Positions 37,272 to 51,734 of a stretch of DNA of 64,000 nt are shown here, piece after piece; position 1 is the stretch's first letter, and the number at the start of each line of letters is the position of its first letter. The DNA comes from the human T2T-CHM13v2.0 reference genome, Homo sapiens. The notes beneath the pieces are model-generated. The model searched no databases, was not told where the DNA came from, and saw only the letters and a program-made list of their open reading frames with translations. The stretch lies in the NCBI RefSeq assembly GCF_009914755.1, contig NC_060938.1, one strand, 5' to 3'. The position numbers and the translations under genes are program-made.

Positions 37272-40122
37272 GAACCAGAGACATTTTAGGGAATTCAGAG
37301 ACTATTGTATCAGACCTGAACACTGTCATCTTCTTCTTTTACTCTGTCTTCCATGTCTTTCTCTCTTTCTCCATATCTTGTTTCAGTTTCATTCTCCCTT
37401 ATCACATACAAGATTTCTCCATATTGTGAGGAACATGGCTGCTAGCCACTTCTACACATACACTCTATGACTGTCCATAGCCAAAAAAAAAGATTTTTCT
37501 CTTTTAGTTTCCCAGTGTGAAAAATCTCAGGGCAGGATTTCGATTAGCCTTGTATCATATGCCCACACTTTTGACCAATCACTGTTATCAGGAGGTCAGA
37601 ATTTTCTAAGGTTAGAGTACATTACCATAAGAAATATTACATTCTCACATAGGTTTAAATACAGACCAGGTGATCATTTAGAGAAAGTGGTATCATGGGT
37701 GTAAAATACCAAAAAGGTTGTGTGAATCAAGTAACCCGGAGTGCCTTTTCAACTGTAATTCTATGATTTTCTAAAGGGTGAATCTGTTTTTTTTAGGTTC
37801 ATTTTGTTCATGGACTGTCAAAAAGACAGTTTTGACTTTTTCAGGACAGAAAATCTTCTTTGCCTAAAATATGCATGAAATTAAGATAAAAATGTTCTTG
37901 TTTTTAACTCTGTATTTTACTCTACCTTTTCACCTTTGTTATATGTCCAAACACCAAATAAGCAAATTGAATGCTAGGTAGCATTATTGTAGTCAACTCT
38001 TAATTATCTAGATAGAGTTATCATATATACATATATATATTTATTTTCTTTTTTTTTTTAAGACAGAGTCTCATTTTGTCACCCAGGCTGGAGTGCAGTG
38101 GTGTGAGCTCAGCTCACCGCAACCTCTGCCTCCAGGGTTCAAGCGATTCTTCTACCTCAGCCTCCAGAGTAGCCAGACTTACGGGCTTGCGCTACCACAC
38201 CCAGCTAAGTTTTGTATTTTTAGTAGAGATGGGGTTTGCCATGTTGGCCGGGCTGGTGTTAAACTCCCGACCTCAGGTGATCTGCCCTCATCGGCCTCCC
38301 AAAGTGCTGGGATTACAAGCTTGAGCCACCATGCCTGGCCCATTAATATATTTTTGAGAACTATTTTTTGCTGTCCACTTGTCTTTCTGATTATAGAGAC
38401 TAGATTTCACACTCTTAATTATTGCAGCAAGGAAATAGAACTCCAGTACTTTTCAGAGCAGCAACACACCCAGCTAAAAAAATTACATTTTTCAATTTTA
38501 TTTGCAGGGAGATGTGACCAACTAAGTTCAGTGAAAGTATTGTGTGGGACTTCTAGGAAGGTTCTTAATGGGAGCAGGTTTGATTGAGAGAGGACTTATT
38601 TGCCTTTTCTGCTATCTGGAATGTGATAGCTAGAGCTCAGCAGTCTTCCTGGTTCATGAGATGGCTTTGAGAATGAAAGCCACTTACTATGGATGATGGA
38701 GAAGATAGAATGAGCCAGGGTCACTGATGCTTTTGTGGAGCCACCATTCTGTCTCTGTATCCTTGCAGGAAAGAATAAAGCCTTGTGAATTTAAAGTTTT
38801 TTCTTTAAAAAATGTCTGTTTATGCAGTTCCCGATACAATAAGTTTTTCTGTGTGCCGTTATTTATGATCTCCTTTGAAATCAATGATTGTATTGAGAGT
38901 AAGGGTAATTTATAGGGTGAAAGAATGAAAGTATGGCACAAGAGATCCTGTCCCCTCAAAATCACTTAATTTGCTTCCAGGGAGTAATCTTAGGCATGAG
39001 GGATAGGTTAACTATAACAATGGGTACTATGTGTTCTGTGTTTATTCAAGACACTTCCGAAAGCATTTTATTTGAATTGACTTATTTAATCCAGACAACT
39101 TTTTATGAAACAACTATTTATCCATTTTACAGATGAAGAAACTGAGTCATGGGGAAGTTAAGTATGCTTGAAAAAAATCACACAGCTGATACAGCTGGGC
39201 ATGTAGCTCTAGGGCTCATGCTCTTAACCATTATGCTACACTTTCTACAATAGAGCTCTCATATGGAGCATTCCAAAAGTAAATAATTCCATCATGTCCC
39301 TTTCCTAGGACCCTAAGTCCATGAGATACTTTGTACCTGAAAAATTAAAGATAACTTGAGTTGTTAATGTGTCAATAAAAGTATGATACAGGATGTACAA
39401 TTTCAGTGATTGTTATATGCAGAGTAAAATAATCCAAATGTGTCATGTAGCTTAAATGGCAATGACTTTAATTTTTTGGCCATCTTTTATATATAGAAAG
39501 AAAAACTTATTTTTGCATAATGTGTATACCTTAAAGTATATTTGGATTATTTTCCTATCAAATAGCTCTTTTCATTTTCCTTTGCTCTTTTAAGTGATAT
39601 GAGATATTTATATTTGGTCAAAGTGATTTTTAGAAACTGCTTTATTTTTATTTTTTATTTTTATTTTTTTGAGATGGATTCTTGCTCTGTCACCCAGGCT
39701 GGAATGCAGGGGCACTCTCTCAGCTCACTGCAATCTCTGGCTCCTGGGTTCAAGTCCCAAGTAGCTGGGATTACAGGTGTGTGCCACCATGCCTGGCTAA
39801 TTTTTGTATCTTTAGTAGAGATGGGGTTTCACCATGATGGCCAGGCTGGTCTCGAACTCCTGACTTCAGGTGAAACACCTGCCTCGGCCTCCCAGAGTGC
39901 TGGGATTACAGGCGTGAGCCACTGCGCCCTGCCAAAACTGTTTATATTTTTAATTTATACTATAGTTTTTGTAGCACCCATATACATTTATCTCTGGTTA
40001 ACATGATGTCACATATGTGAGTTGGATTTAGTTATCATCCTAAAATATTTAAGTGGTTTTCCAAAAACTGATATAACTACTTTGCCATAGAATACTATGA
40101 CTTGCAACAAAGTATCTAGTTA

Positions 40123-40579
<457 letters not shown>

Positions 40580-41473
40580 TTAGAGATTTAACTTGTTTCT
40601 GCTCTGGTGAGAGGTAGCAATTCAATGTGGAGACGTGCGCATCATGTCTGGCCAACACCATTGAACTTGGGAATGACACTCTCCAGGGACATCTCTTAGA
40701 AGGTTCTTAGAGAAATGGGACATGGGTTGTTTTACTGGTTATTAATGGATAAGATACTTGAATGCTGGGCTGATAATTCTGCTTCCCCACCTCCTCTACT
40801 CCAGATTTATTTCCCACCATTCCCTGCTCTCCTTTTTCTCCTAGTGATGGACCCCAATAAACTGTGTTATGTAGACTTTCTTGTACTGCATTGTACTTTC
40901 TTATACTCTTCTAGTCGAGTTCCTGTTGGTTCAGGCAGTAAGAAACACCAGCGAGGGGATGGAGGAAGTGGGGAGGTAGAGAGGAGAGATCAGGGCATTT
41001 CTTTCTTTTTTCCATCCCTGCCTTGGAGCTGTGTTCTGGCTGGGGCTGCAGCTGTGCAACTACTGGCTTCCACTCCCCTAACTTCCCCATCACTCCATGA
41101 TATGGTTTGGCTCTGTGTCCCCACTGAAATCTCATCTCCAATTGTAATCCCCATGTGTGGAGGGAGGGACCTGTAATCCCCATATGTTGAGGGAAGGAAG
41201 TGATTGGATTATGGGGGCGGTTTCCCCCATGCTGTTCTTGTGATAGTGAGTGAATTCTCACGAGATGTGATGGTTTTGTAAATGGTGGTTTATTCCTGTG
41301 CTCTCACTTCTGTCTCACCTGCTGCCCTGTAAGATGTGCCCCCTTCCCCTTCTGCCATGATTATAAGTTTCCTGAGGCCTCCTCAGCCATGCAGAACTTT
41401 GAGTCAATTAAACCCCTCGCTCCCTCCCTCCCTCCGTTCCTTCCTTCCTTCCTTCCTTCTTTCCTTCCTTCCT

Positions 41474-42457
41474 TGTTGCGGGAAGTCAGGGACCCCGGAC
41501 GGAGGGACAGGCTGAAGCTACGGCAGAAGAACATAAATTGTGAAGATTTCATGGACATTTATTAGTTCCCCAAATTGATACTTTTATAATTTCCTATGCC
41601 TGTCTTTAATCTCTTAATCCTGTCATCTTCGTAAGCTGAGGATGTATGTCGCCTCAGGATCCTGTGATGATTGTGTTATCTGTACAAATTGTTTGTAAAA
41701 TATGTGTGTTTGAACAACATGAAATCTGGGCATCCTAAAAGAAGAGGATAACAGTGATTTTCAGGGAACAAGGAGATAACCATAAGGCCTGACTGCCTGC
41801 AGGGCCGGGCAGAACAGAGTCATATTTCTCTTCTTGCAAAAGCGAATAGGAGAAATATTGCTGAATTCTTTTTCTCAGCAAGGAACAGCCCTGGGAAAAG
41901 AATGCATTCCCAGGGGGAGGTCTCTAAAAGGCCGCTCTGGGAGTGTCTGTCTTATGCAGTTGTACATAAGGGATGAAATATGCCCTGGTCTCCTGTAGCG
42001 CCCCCAGGCTTGCTAGGATTGGGAAATTCCAGCCTGGCGAAGTTCTAGTCAGACCGGTTGTCTGCTCTTGAACCCTGTTTCCTGTTAAGATGTTTATCAG
42101 TGACAATGTGTGCCCAGCAGGACATGGACCTTCATCAGTAATTCTAGTTTTGCCCTGGCCTTGTGATCTCACTCTGACTCTGCCCTTGTGATATTTTATT
42201 GCCTTTGAAGCATGTGATCTCTGTGACCCACACCCTATTCGTACACTCCCTCCCCTTTGAAAATTGCTAATAAAAACGTGCTGGTTTTGCAGCTCAGGTG
42301 GGCATCACGGAAGCTGCCAATATGTTATGTCTCTCCTGGTGGCCCAGCTGTAAAATTTCTCTCTTGTACTCTTTCTCTTTATTTCTCAGACCGGCCGACA
42401 CTTAGCGAAAATAGAAAAGAACCTATGTTGAAATATTGGGGGCTGGTTCCTCCGATA
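41474..42457 (+). mobile_element. MER11 (HERV-K11/HML-8) solo LTR
   Basis: TGTTGCGGGAAGTCAGGGACCCC...GGCTGGTTCCTCCGATA; 6-bp TSD CTTCCT/CTTTCT. Confidence 0.9.
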
Positions 42458-42468
42458 CTTTCTTCCTT

Positions 42469-42525
<57 letters not shown>

Positions 42526-42621
42526 CTCTTTCTTTCTCTCTCTTTCCCTCCCCCCTTCCTCCCTCCCTCCCTCCCTTCCTTCCTTCTCTCCTTCTTTTTT
42601 TTTTTTTTTTTTTTTTTTTTT
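42458..42621. repeat. Compound polypyrimidine microsatellite (TTTC)n/(CCCT)n/poly-T derived from an Alu tail; continues at ~41417-41473
   Basis: Direct reading; abuts the minus-strand Alu at ~42622-42910. Confidence 0.9.
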
Positions 42622-43505
42622 TGAGACAGAATCTCCCTCTGTCACCCAGGCTGGAGTGCAGTGGCAGGATCTTGGCTCACAGCAACCTCTGCTTCCTAGG
42701 TTCAAATAGTTCTCCTGCCTCAGCCTCCCAAGTAGCTGGATTACAGGCGTGTGCCACCACGCCCAACTAATTTTTTTTTTTTTTTTGTATTTTTAGTAGA
42801 GATGGTGTTTCACCATGTTGGCTAGGCTGGTCTCGAACTCCTGGCCACAAGTGATCCACCTGCCTTGGCCTCCTAAAGTTCTGGGATTACAAATGTGAGC
42901 TGCTGTGCCCTAAACCTCCTTTCTTTATATATTACCCAGTCTCAGGCATTTCTTTGTAGAGTGTGAGAATGGACTAATGCACTCCAGCTCCAGCTTATCA
43001 CTTCAGGCCGAGGGGTGGTAACAGTTCCAAAGTGCTCAGCATCCCTGTAGCATCTCTTAACCGTATTCACACATCTGTAGATAGTTTATTTATTAAGTTA
43101 TCTCCAAACCTCAGCTCAGTCTCCTGTTTCCTGCTGAGACCCATACTCTGGGAATGAACTAAGGCAGGTTAGTATACTCTTTCCTAGTGGTATAAAAAGT
43201 GGATACTCTTATTAAAAAAGAGGGCTCTTAACAGATGGAAAAAAATATAGATTTTTTTTTCCTTTGGAAGTCTTTAAAAATAAGAGAAATGTCTTTTTTT
43301 TGGGAATGGTTTCTGTCTGTTTAATAGATACGGTTAGAATATTAATGACAGTCATATCTATGTGTGACCAATCAGTTGTTGAGCACAGTTCTACTCAGCC
43401 ATTTCAGTGCTTTTGTGCAGGTTTTTCTTTAAAATTTAAATACAATGTATCTTTTGCTGTTTATTTTTTTAATAAAAAAATCTCTTTTTTAAATAAAAAA
43501 TATTC

Positions 43506-43820
<315 letters not shown>

Positions 43821-45384
43821 AAATATTCTGTCATAATATAGTGTTTTATTTTTTAAATAAAAACTAAAACATTCCTCTGCCTCCCCCATTTATTATTATT
43901 TTTTTACCTGAGTCATCTTAAAGAGGAGTTTTTATAGAAGTACTTTCTTGGGTTTTGTTTATGATTATCTAAACCTGAGAGTTGATAACAGAATTAGAAA
44001 AATGTAAAATTTATTCCAGCTGTACTTTGGAAATTTTTTTTTCCTGCAGATGTTTTTCTTCCTTTGGAAAATAGAAGCCAAGGCCATACTAATGTCCAAG
44101 ATTCAATAGTGGTTATGTTTTGGTTGAAAGCATAAATATAAAGATTAATTTTATTCTTATCAACATAATCTAGAGATGAATGTGTAATTTTTTAAACTGG
44201 TAGTTGAACCAATAGTAATTTCTCATATTTTTGCATCTGTTTTAGGAGAGAGGCAGTGAGAGAGAAACTCTGCCTGTGATGAAACAATTTTGAATTTTTT
44301 TTCCCTCTGCAGGAATGAGTTTATCGATAAGCAACAAAAAGCTCAAAACTCTTCTAGGAGTTTGGGGTTCCTATAGTTAGCCTTACATTCATTTTGTTAG
44401 GATGACTTCCTCAGAGCCAGAACTATTTTTCTGAGGCTCTTAAAGATGGGAAAGATGGGAAACAGTGGAAAAAGCTAAGGTCTTCCATATGTCACATCCA
44501 TTCAAAAGGAACACATGGCAGGAACATGAGCTTTTGTTATCTTGGAAGCAGGATTTTTTGGGTTCTCTTCTCATTCTACATTTGCCAACTTTATGATGCT
44601 AGTTCATCTCAACCAACCAAGGTTTCATTAAACTTGGTTACTAACATCCAATATCTGTGATTCTTGGTTGAGTTTTACCTTTTGGACCAACATACCCTAA
44701 ATATATAGGGCATAGTAGAATATGAACCTTGAGGAACTCCATTGATGAACCTGTACTATTGTAGTCTTGTAGAATACTCAATTCCCGTGATTATAGAAGT
44801 CTTTGACAGCAGTTTTTCCTGATTTGGTGTTCCATGAAGCATAAGGTAAAGGATCTTTAGATGATCTTATCAGTAGGTGATATTTCTGGATGTCAGCCAA
44901 TAGTCTCTTAGAATCTAAGGTTTAAGCTGGTTTCATTTGGAGTTCTTTACATTTAAGTCTGGCTACCACTGCCCAAGACCAATATTGTCTCTATTTCCAG
45001 ATGTTCACTAGTGCCCCCTACTGATGAATGAAAAACTGTTCGCTTATGACTTACACAGTATGTTAAATGTTTAATCTCACGAAATTCTAGTTCCTGCCAG
45101 CTTCCTTTTCTTTCTTCCAATAAAGTGGCTTCTTTATACAGGTGTTGTAGTGGAGTTTATGTATCTCCTATGAGACCCAAGACTGAGACTTCATGGCTTA
45201 ACATCATGTGGTAGGCAGGGACATACATCAACTAGATTTCTAGCTGTAACAATTTCCTATGGCTCCTGTAACAAATTACCACAAGCATCATAGTTTAAAA
45301 CCACACAAATCTGTTTTATTGCAGTGCTGGAGGATAAAAATCCAAAATCAGTCTCACTGGGCTAAGGATAAGGTCAGAAAATGT

Positions 45385-46530
45385 GTTCTTTTCCAATTAG
45401 ATAAGAGAATAAGAAACAGTTTATATTCATATGGAATGGACAATAATATTTGTTTATAGGTTTGTCCCAGGGCTGTTTTTAGTCCTCTTGTCCTCTGTCA
45501 TAATACAGTTTGAAGAGATCTGGACCCTCTTGACATTTGGCATTACACTGATCAATTACTTTGATGACATTATTTTGATTGAGTTGGATTTGCAGGAGAG
45601 GGCTAGCACAGTGGAGGCAATGGCAGGATATGCTGTAGTGTGTGAGAGACAAACCCTATGAAGATATAAGTGCTTGCTACATCTGTAAATACTTTAGGGG
45701 TTTATTGATCAGGGCTGTGCCTGTATATATCCTCTAACATAAAAGACAAATTATTGCATCTCGTATCTCCTACATTAAAAAAGAAGCACAATCCCTGATG
45801 GGCCTCTGAGTTCTGGAGGCAGCACATTTCTACACCTAGGGATACTTCTCCAGCCAACATACTGGATGACATAAAATGCTGCCAACTTTAAATCAGATCA
45901 GGAGTAGGAAATAGCAACAGATCCAGGCTGGGGTGCAAGCAGCCCTGTCACTTGGGTCATACAATTTAGCAGAATTTATGATCATAAAGGTGTAAGTGAT
46001 AAGACAAGATTCTATGTGGAGTTTGTTGCAAGTCCCAGTGGGCAAATTATAATGTTAGTCCCTTGGTTTTTGGAGCAAGGCAATGCCATTTTTGGTAGAG
46101 AATGATATACCTTTTGATGTGCTCCTGAACCCTGGTGGAGACAGGATGCCTGACCATGGAGTATCAAGTAACCATGTATATATTATATAAATTCCCATCA
46201 TGAGCTGGGTCCTATCAGACTTACCAAATAGAAAGGTCAGACAGCCCAAGCAACAGTACATTGCAAGATGGAGTTGGTACATTTAGGAGCAAGTATAATC
46301 ATAACCAGATGGCTCAAACAAGCTTCACGAGTAGGTATTACAGACCCCCATGGCACCTATCACTGTTTTAACAGTGCCCTTTCATTCATCTCATGCCTGT
46401 GGTTCTATGGAGGATTCTACCCAAAGCACAAAGAAAAAAACTCAAGCTTGGTTTATGGATGGATCAGCTCAGTATGTAGATGAAAGTCAAAAATAGCCCT
46501 ACTCAAAAGTTGCTTTGAAAAGACAGAAGG
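45385..46530 (+). mobile_element. Degenerate ERVL-class pol (RT to RNase H) remnant
   Basis: Translation gives FIWNGQ*Y..LSQG (LPQG motif), TLINYFDDIILI (YxDD), and AWFMDGSAQYV (start of RNase H); many stops and frameshifts. Confidence 0.85.
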
Positions 46531-47027
46531 TTCTTAGAACCATCGTCTAATACATGCTTTGCCCAAATGTGTTTCTCTCCCTGGTCTCACCAATACATTT
46601 TTTTCCCTCCTAACCATAGCTCTTGCTTCATTATATTTTAAAACCATTAACCTCTCAAATAATTTTATGGAATCCACTTACTTACCTCTTTTAAGAATTA
46701 TCATCCATAACTTTGTCAAGTTTGAACCTTTTTAGAGAGAGGACCTTACTCAACATGTAGATTGGTTACCTTTTTGACCCAAGAATTGTACATCATTGCC
46801 ACAGCTCACGACCCTGCCAGTGTAATTTGTTTCTTGAGATATGGGGTAGTTTCATAAGACTTGGCTACTTCAGGGTTTTAGCTCTGTGGTGATTAAAGGA
46901 ATAATATTTAACCCAGAAATACTTATTAAACCTGCCAATCTGTTAAGAAAAAAGAACATTGTTTAGGATATCTTTTGATAGTAAAAGGAAATGCTTTAGG
47001 AGGACGAAATAGGTTGGAAGTTTCTGA

Positions 47028-47465
<438 letters not shown>

Positions 47466-48623
47466 ATTCATGGCCTTTCTACATGAGCACTGTGAAAGAA
47501 ATTCTGACATCTCTTAAACAAGTATGCCTTTTCTCTTGCTAATTAATTTCTGGAATTTTGTTTCAAGTCTGACTTGAGAATGCTATGAAATATATGTTAT
47601 CTTGTAAAGCCAATCCCATTCGATCAGAGGACAGTTCAAGTTGATTATTATTACTGTTAGTAGTATTATTATTTTGTTCTACCACAGGGCATTTCCCTCC
47701 TATAAATGTGCACAAACAAGGTATATAAAGGAAGTTTCTCTAGAACATATTAAAATGAACAATTTACCTTAATCTATGAATTTGCCAGACTCAGAAGAAG
47801 CATTGGAATTTAACAGGTTTCCACTAGATGGCAAGCCGCCTCTTTGAATTTCTCAATGGCATCAAGCAAAAATATTGCTGCTGTTTAAAACGTACATCTT
47901 TGCATGAGACAGCTGCACTTGTATCAAAAACTAATAAAGGCACTGATTCATAAATTTAGCCAAATTTAGAATCAAGCTATTCAAACTGAAACTGAAAATA
48001 TATTGTAATGTTTAAAAGTTTTATTTGGAGAATATGTATTCATTTATTAATTTAACAAATATGAAGTGCCTCCTACGTGTTTTTCATGCTTTGTTTCATT
48101 TGTTCCCCCTAACAATGAGATTGGGTGTTCTTATTAGTCCCAATTTAGAGACTGGGAAACTGAGGCTTAGATAGATTAAATGATTTAGTAGTCCAAGATA
48201 TACAGGTTTAAACCTACACAGTTTGTCCCAGAGCCGGCTCTCCTAACCACTACATCTTAGTGCCCACCATAAATAAATTACAGTAAATCAGTGTAATATG
48301 TGTAGCACTGTGTCATGTTTAAAAGGATTATTTTTTATTTTCTTCTTACAGACATTAGCAGAGTTAAATCTTCTGGCATGACCTTTATGAAAGACTGTGT
48401 ATAAACAAGTAAAAATGATTGCAAAACACACTATATTAGAGCAAATAATGTCTGTACAGTGTTGCCTATATAAGCATATGCAAGATGAAAGGAAATGGCA
48501 TAAAACTCTGCAAAAATACTACAGAAAAAGACAAATGTAAAGAGACAGAGTCAGAGAGAGACTGAGAGAAACATACATGTGAAAGAGAAATGATGAAATC
48601 ATCTATAAGAAATCATAATTTCT

Positions 48624-49367
<744 letters not shown>

Positions 49368-49952
49368 TTAAAAGGGAAGTGCAAGGTCAAGGAAACTCAG
49401 ATGTAAAGCAGAATTTTAAATCTAATAAATATATTAAAAGAATAAAAAGCAGAAGAGACATAGTTAAAATTTAAATTAATGTGATGGAAAAAAGGCATAA
49501 GTTACAGTGAATGAGAAGCAAGATGGAGATGAAGGCAATTAGGAAGAGGCTGTAGACATGGATGACTGACAAAACAATAGGCATCTCTGAAGTAGACAAC
49601 AGATGGTGAGAAAAAGTATTCAGAGATATAATAGTGGAAAATCTCTTTCATAATAAAGCACACACGTCTAATAGGAAAAATTGATACTGAATTACCAACA
49701 TTGAGAAGTGCCCTGTATGTTACCAAGCATCAAGATTTTAACAACAAAAAAGAATTCTTCAGACATCAAGTAGAAAAAGCAAGTTACTTAACAAGGGGAA
49801 ATTCAAGCTTGTGTCAGACTTTTTACAGAAACATTTAGCACTGGAAGAAATAGAGGTGTCCACCACATTCTTGGACAAAATATTATATTCATCTATGTTA
49901 TAATTCAAATATAAAGTATTCAGGGGATAAACATTTAAGAATTTTTTTTTTA

Positions 49953-50503
49953 GGGGTTGCGTTGCTCTCTGGTAGAGGCGTGCAGGTGTTAGCCACACCC
50001 TCTGAGCTGGGATGAGCTGTGCTCCTGGTGGAAGCAAGGGAGCCCAGCCGAAGCCATGGCCAGTACAGTGGTAGCAGTTGGACTGACCATTGCTGCTGCA
50101 GGATTTGCAGGCCGTTATGTTTTGCAAGCCATGAAGCATATGGAGCCTCAAGTAAAACAAGTTTTTCAAAGCCTACCAAAATCTGCCTTCAGTGGTGGCT
50201 ATTATAGAGGTGGGTTTGAACCCAAAATGACAAAACGGGAAGCAGCATTAATACTAGGTGTAAGCCCTACTGCCAATAAAGGGAAAATAAGAGATGCTCA
50301 CTGACGAATTATGCTTTCAAATCATCCTGACAAAGGAGGATCTCCTTATATAGCAGCCAAAATCAATGAAGCTAAAGATTTACTAGAAGGTCAAGCTAAA
50401 AAATGAAGTAAATGTATGATGAATTTTAAGTTCATATTAGTTTATATATATGAGTACTAAGTTTTTATAATAAAATGCCTCAGAGCTACAATTAAAAAAA
50501 AAA
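49953..50503 (+). pseudogene. DNAJC19P9: DNAJC19 (TIM14/PAM18) processed pseudogene, probably the copy named DNAJC19P9
   Basis: Intronless. ATG at 50056 gives [21 protein letters not shown]...; premature TGA at 50302-50304, then [33 protein letters not shown] to 50406. AATAAA at 50469, poly(A), and TSD AAGAA(T)10-11A at 49937-49952 and 50502-50518. Paralog number is from memory. Confidence 0.95.
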
Positions 50504-51115
50504 GAATTTTTTTTTTTAAAACTCTAGTCAGATGAAGTCCAGCTAATCCAGAAACTAATACAAAAATAGAGAACCCAGGAATAGAAACACACATCTAGTG
50601 AGAATAGCAGTAAATTGGCTGGGCACAGTGGCTCATGCCTGTAATCCCAGAACTTTGGGAGGCTGAGGCATGAGGATTGCTTGAGTTCAGGAGTTTGAGA
50701 CCAGCCTAGAGAGACCCAACACTGAACATAGAGAGACCCAGTCACTAAAAAGTGAAAGCAAAGGCAAAAGCAAAACCAAAACCTAGCTGGGCAGGGTGGC
50801 ACATGCCTGTTGTCTCAGCTACTTGGGAGGCTGAAGTAGGAGGATCACTTGGGCTTGGGAGATTGAGGCTGCAGTGAGCCATGATCATGACACTACACTT
50901 CAGCCTGGGTGACAGAATAAGACTCTGTCTCCAAGAGAAAAACAGAGTGATGATAAGTGCTTGGCAGCAGTGTACCAAGTAATGGGGTTAAAAAGATGAC
51001 TAAGGGTGTAATCGAGCTGAAGATTCAGAGATGTTAATCAATTAGAGTACAATGTATTAAGCGCTACTACAGTGATAGAACAGAGAAAAGAGTAATTCTA
51101 TGTAGAGTAACTGAT

Positions 51116-51155
51116 GTCTACAGCCATACGAACCTGAACATGCCCAGTCTCATCT
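51116..51155 (+). pseudogene. 5S rRNA 5' fragment (nt 1-40), tailless retropseudogene
   Basis: GTCTACAGCCATACGAACCTGAACATGCCCAGTCTCATCT matches 5S nt 1-40 at 32/40; flanked by an 18-bp direct repeat with 1 mismatch. Confidence 0.85.
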
Positions 51156-51360
51156 ATGTAGGGTAACTGAAACCTGAGACTTGGAGGATGAGCATCCAGA
51201 AGCTAAAAGGGACAGAGTGGACCATTCTAGGAAGGGGGAAGGAAGTCCAAAGGTTTAGCAGTATGAGTTGGCAGTGTGGAATGGCTATATGGTAGGTCAT
51301 GTGGACGTGGAGAGATGTAAGCCTGGAAAGTCATAAGCAGCTTATGAAGGGATCTGTGTA

Positions 51361-51734
51361 CAAATGGTACCCGTTTTACAATAGTTTGGCTTAACAATTG
51401 TTTTTGGCTTTATGATGGTGCAAAAGTGATAGGTGTTCAGCAGAAATCAGACTGAAAGTACCCATACAACAATTCCGTTTTTCACTTTCAGTACAATATT
51501 CAATACATTACATGAGATATTCAACACTTTATTTTAAAATAGGGATTGTGTTAGATGACTTTGCCTAAATGTAGACTAATGTAAGTGTTCTGAGCATGCT
51601 TACAGCAGGCTAGGCTGAGCTATGATGTTCAGTAGGTTAGGTATATTAAATGCATTTTCATTTTCAACAATGATATTTTCAGCTTATGATGGGTTTATGG
51701 AGACCTATCTCTATTGTAAGTTGAAAAGCATCTG
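51361..51734 (-). mobile_element. MER47A/Tigger5-type DNA transposon
   Basis: TA-flanked CAGATGC.../CAAATGG termini; GCTAGGCTGAGCTATGATGTTCAGTAGGTTAGG. Confidence 0.78.

Larger units (their letters stand above)
41098..42981 (+). mobile_element. MST (MaLR) solo LTR split by an Alu and MER11
   Basis: TGATATGGTTTGGCTCTGTGTCCCC start, GGACTAATGCA end; perfect TSD CTCCA (41093-41097, 42982-42986). Confidence 0.88.

Noticed and set aside
44723-44743. Minus-strand NGVPQGS, resembling a non-LTR reverse transcriptase motif
   Set aside because: No convincing downstream YADD-like motif or flanking similarity; seven residues are not enough without a profile search.
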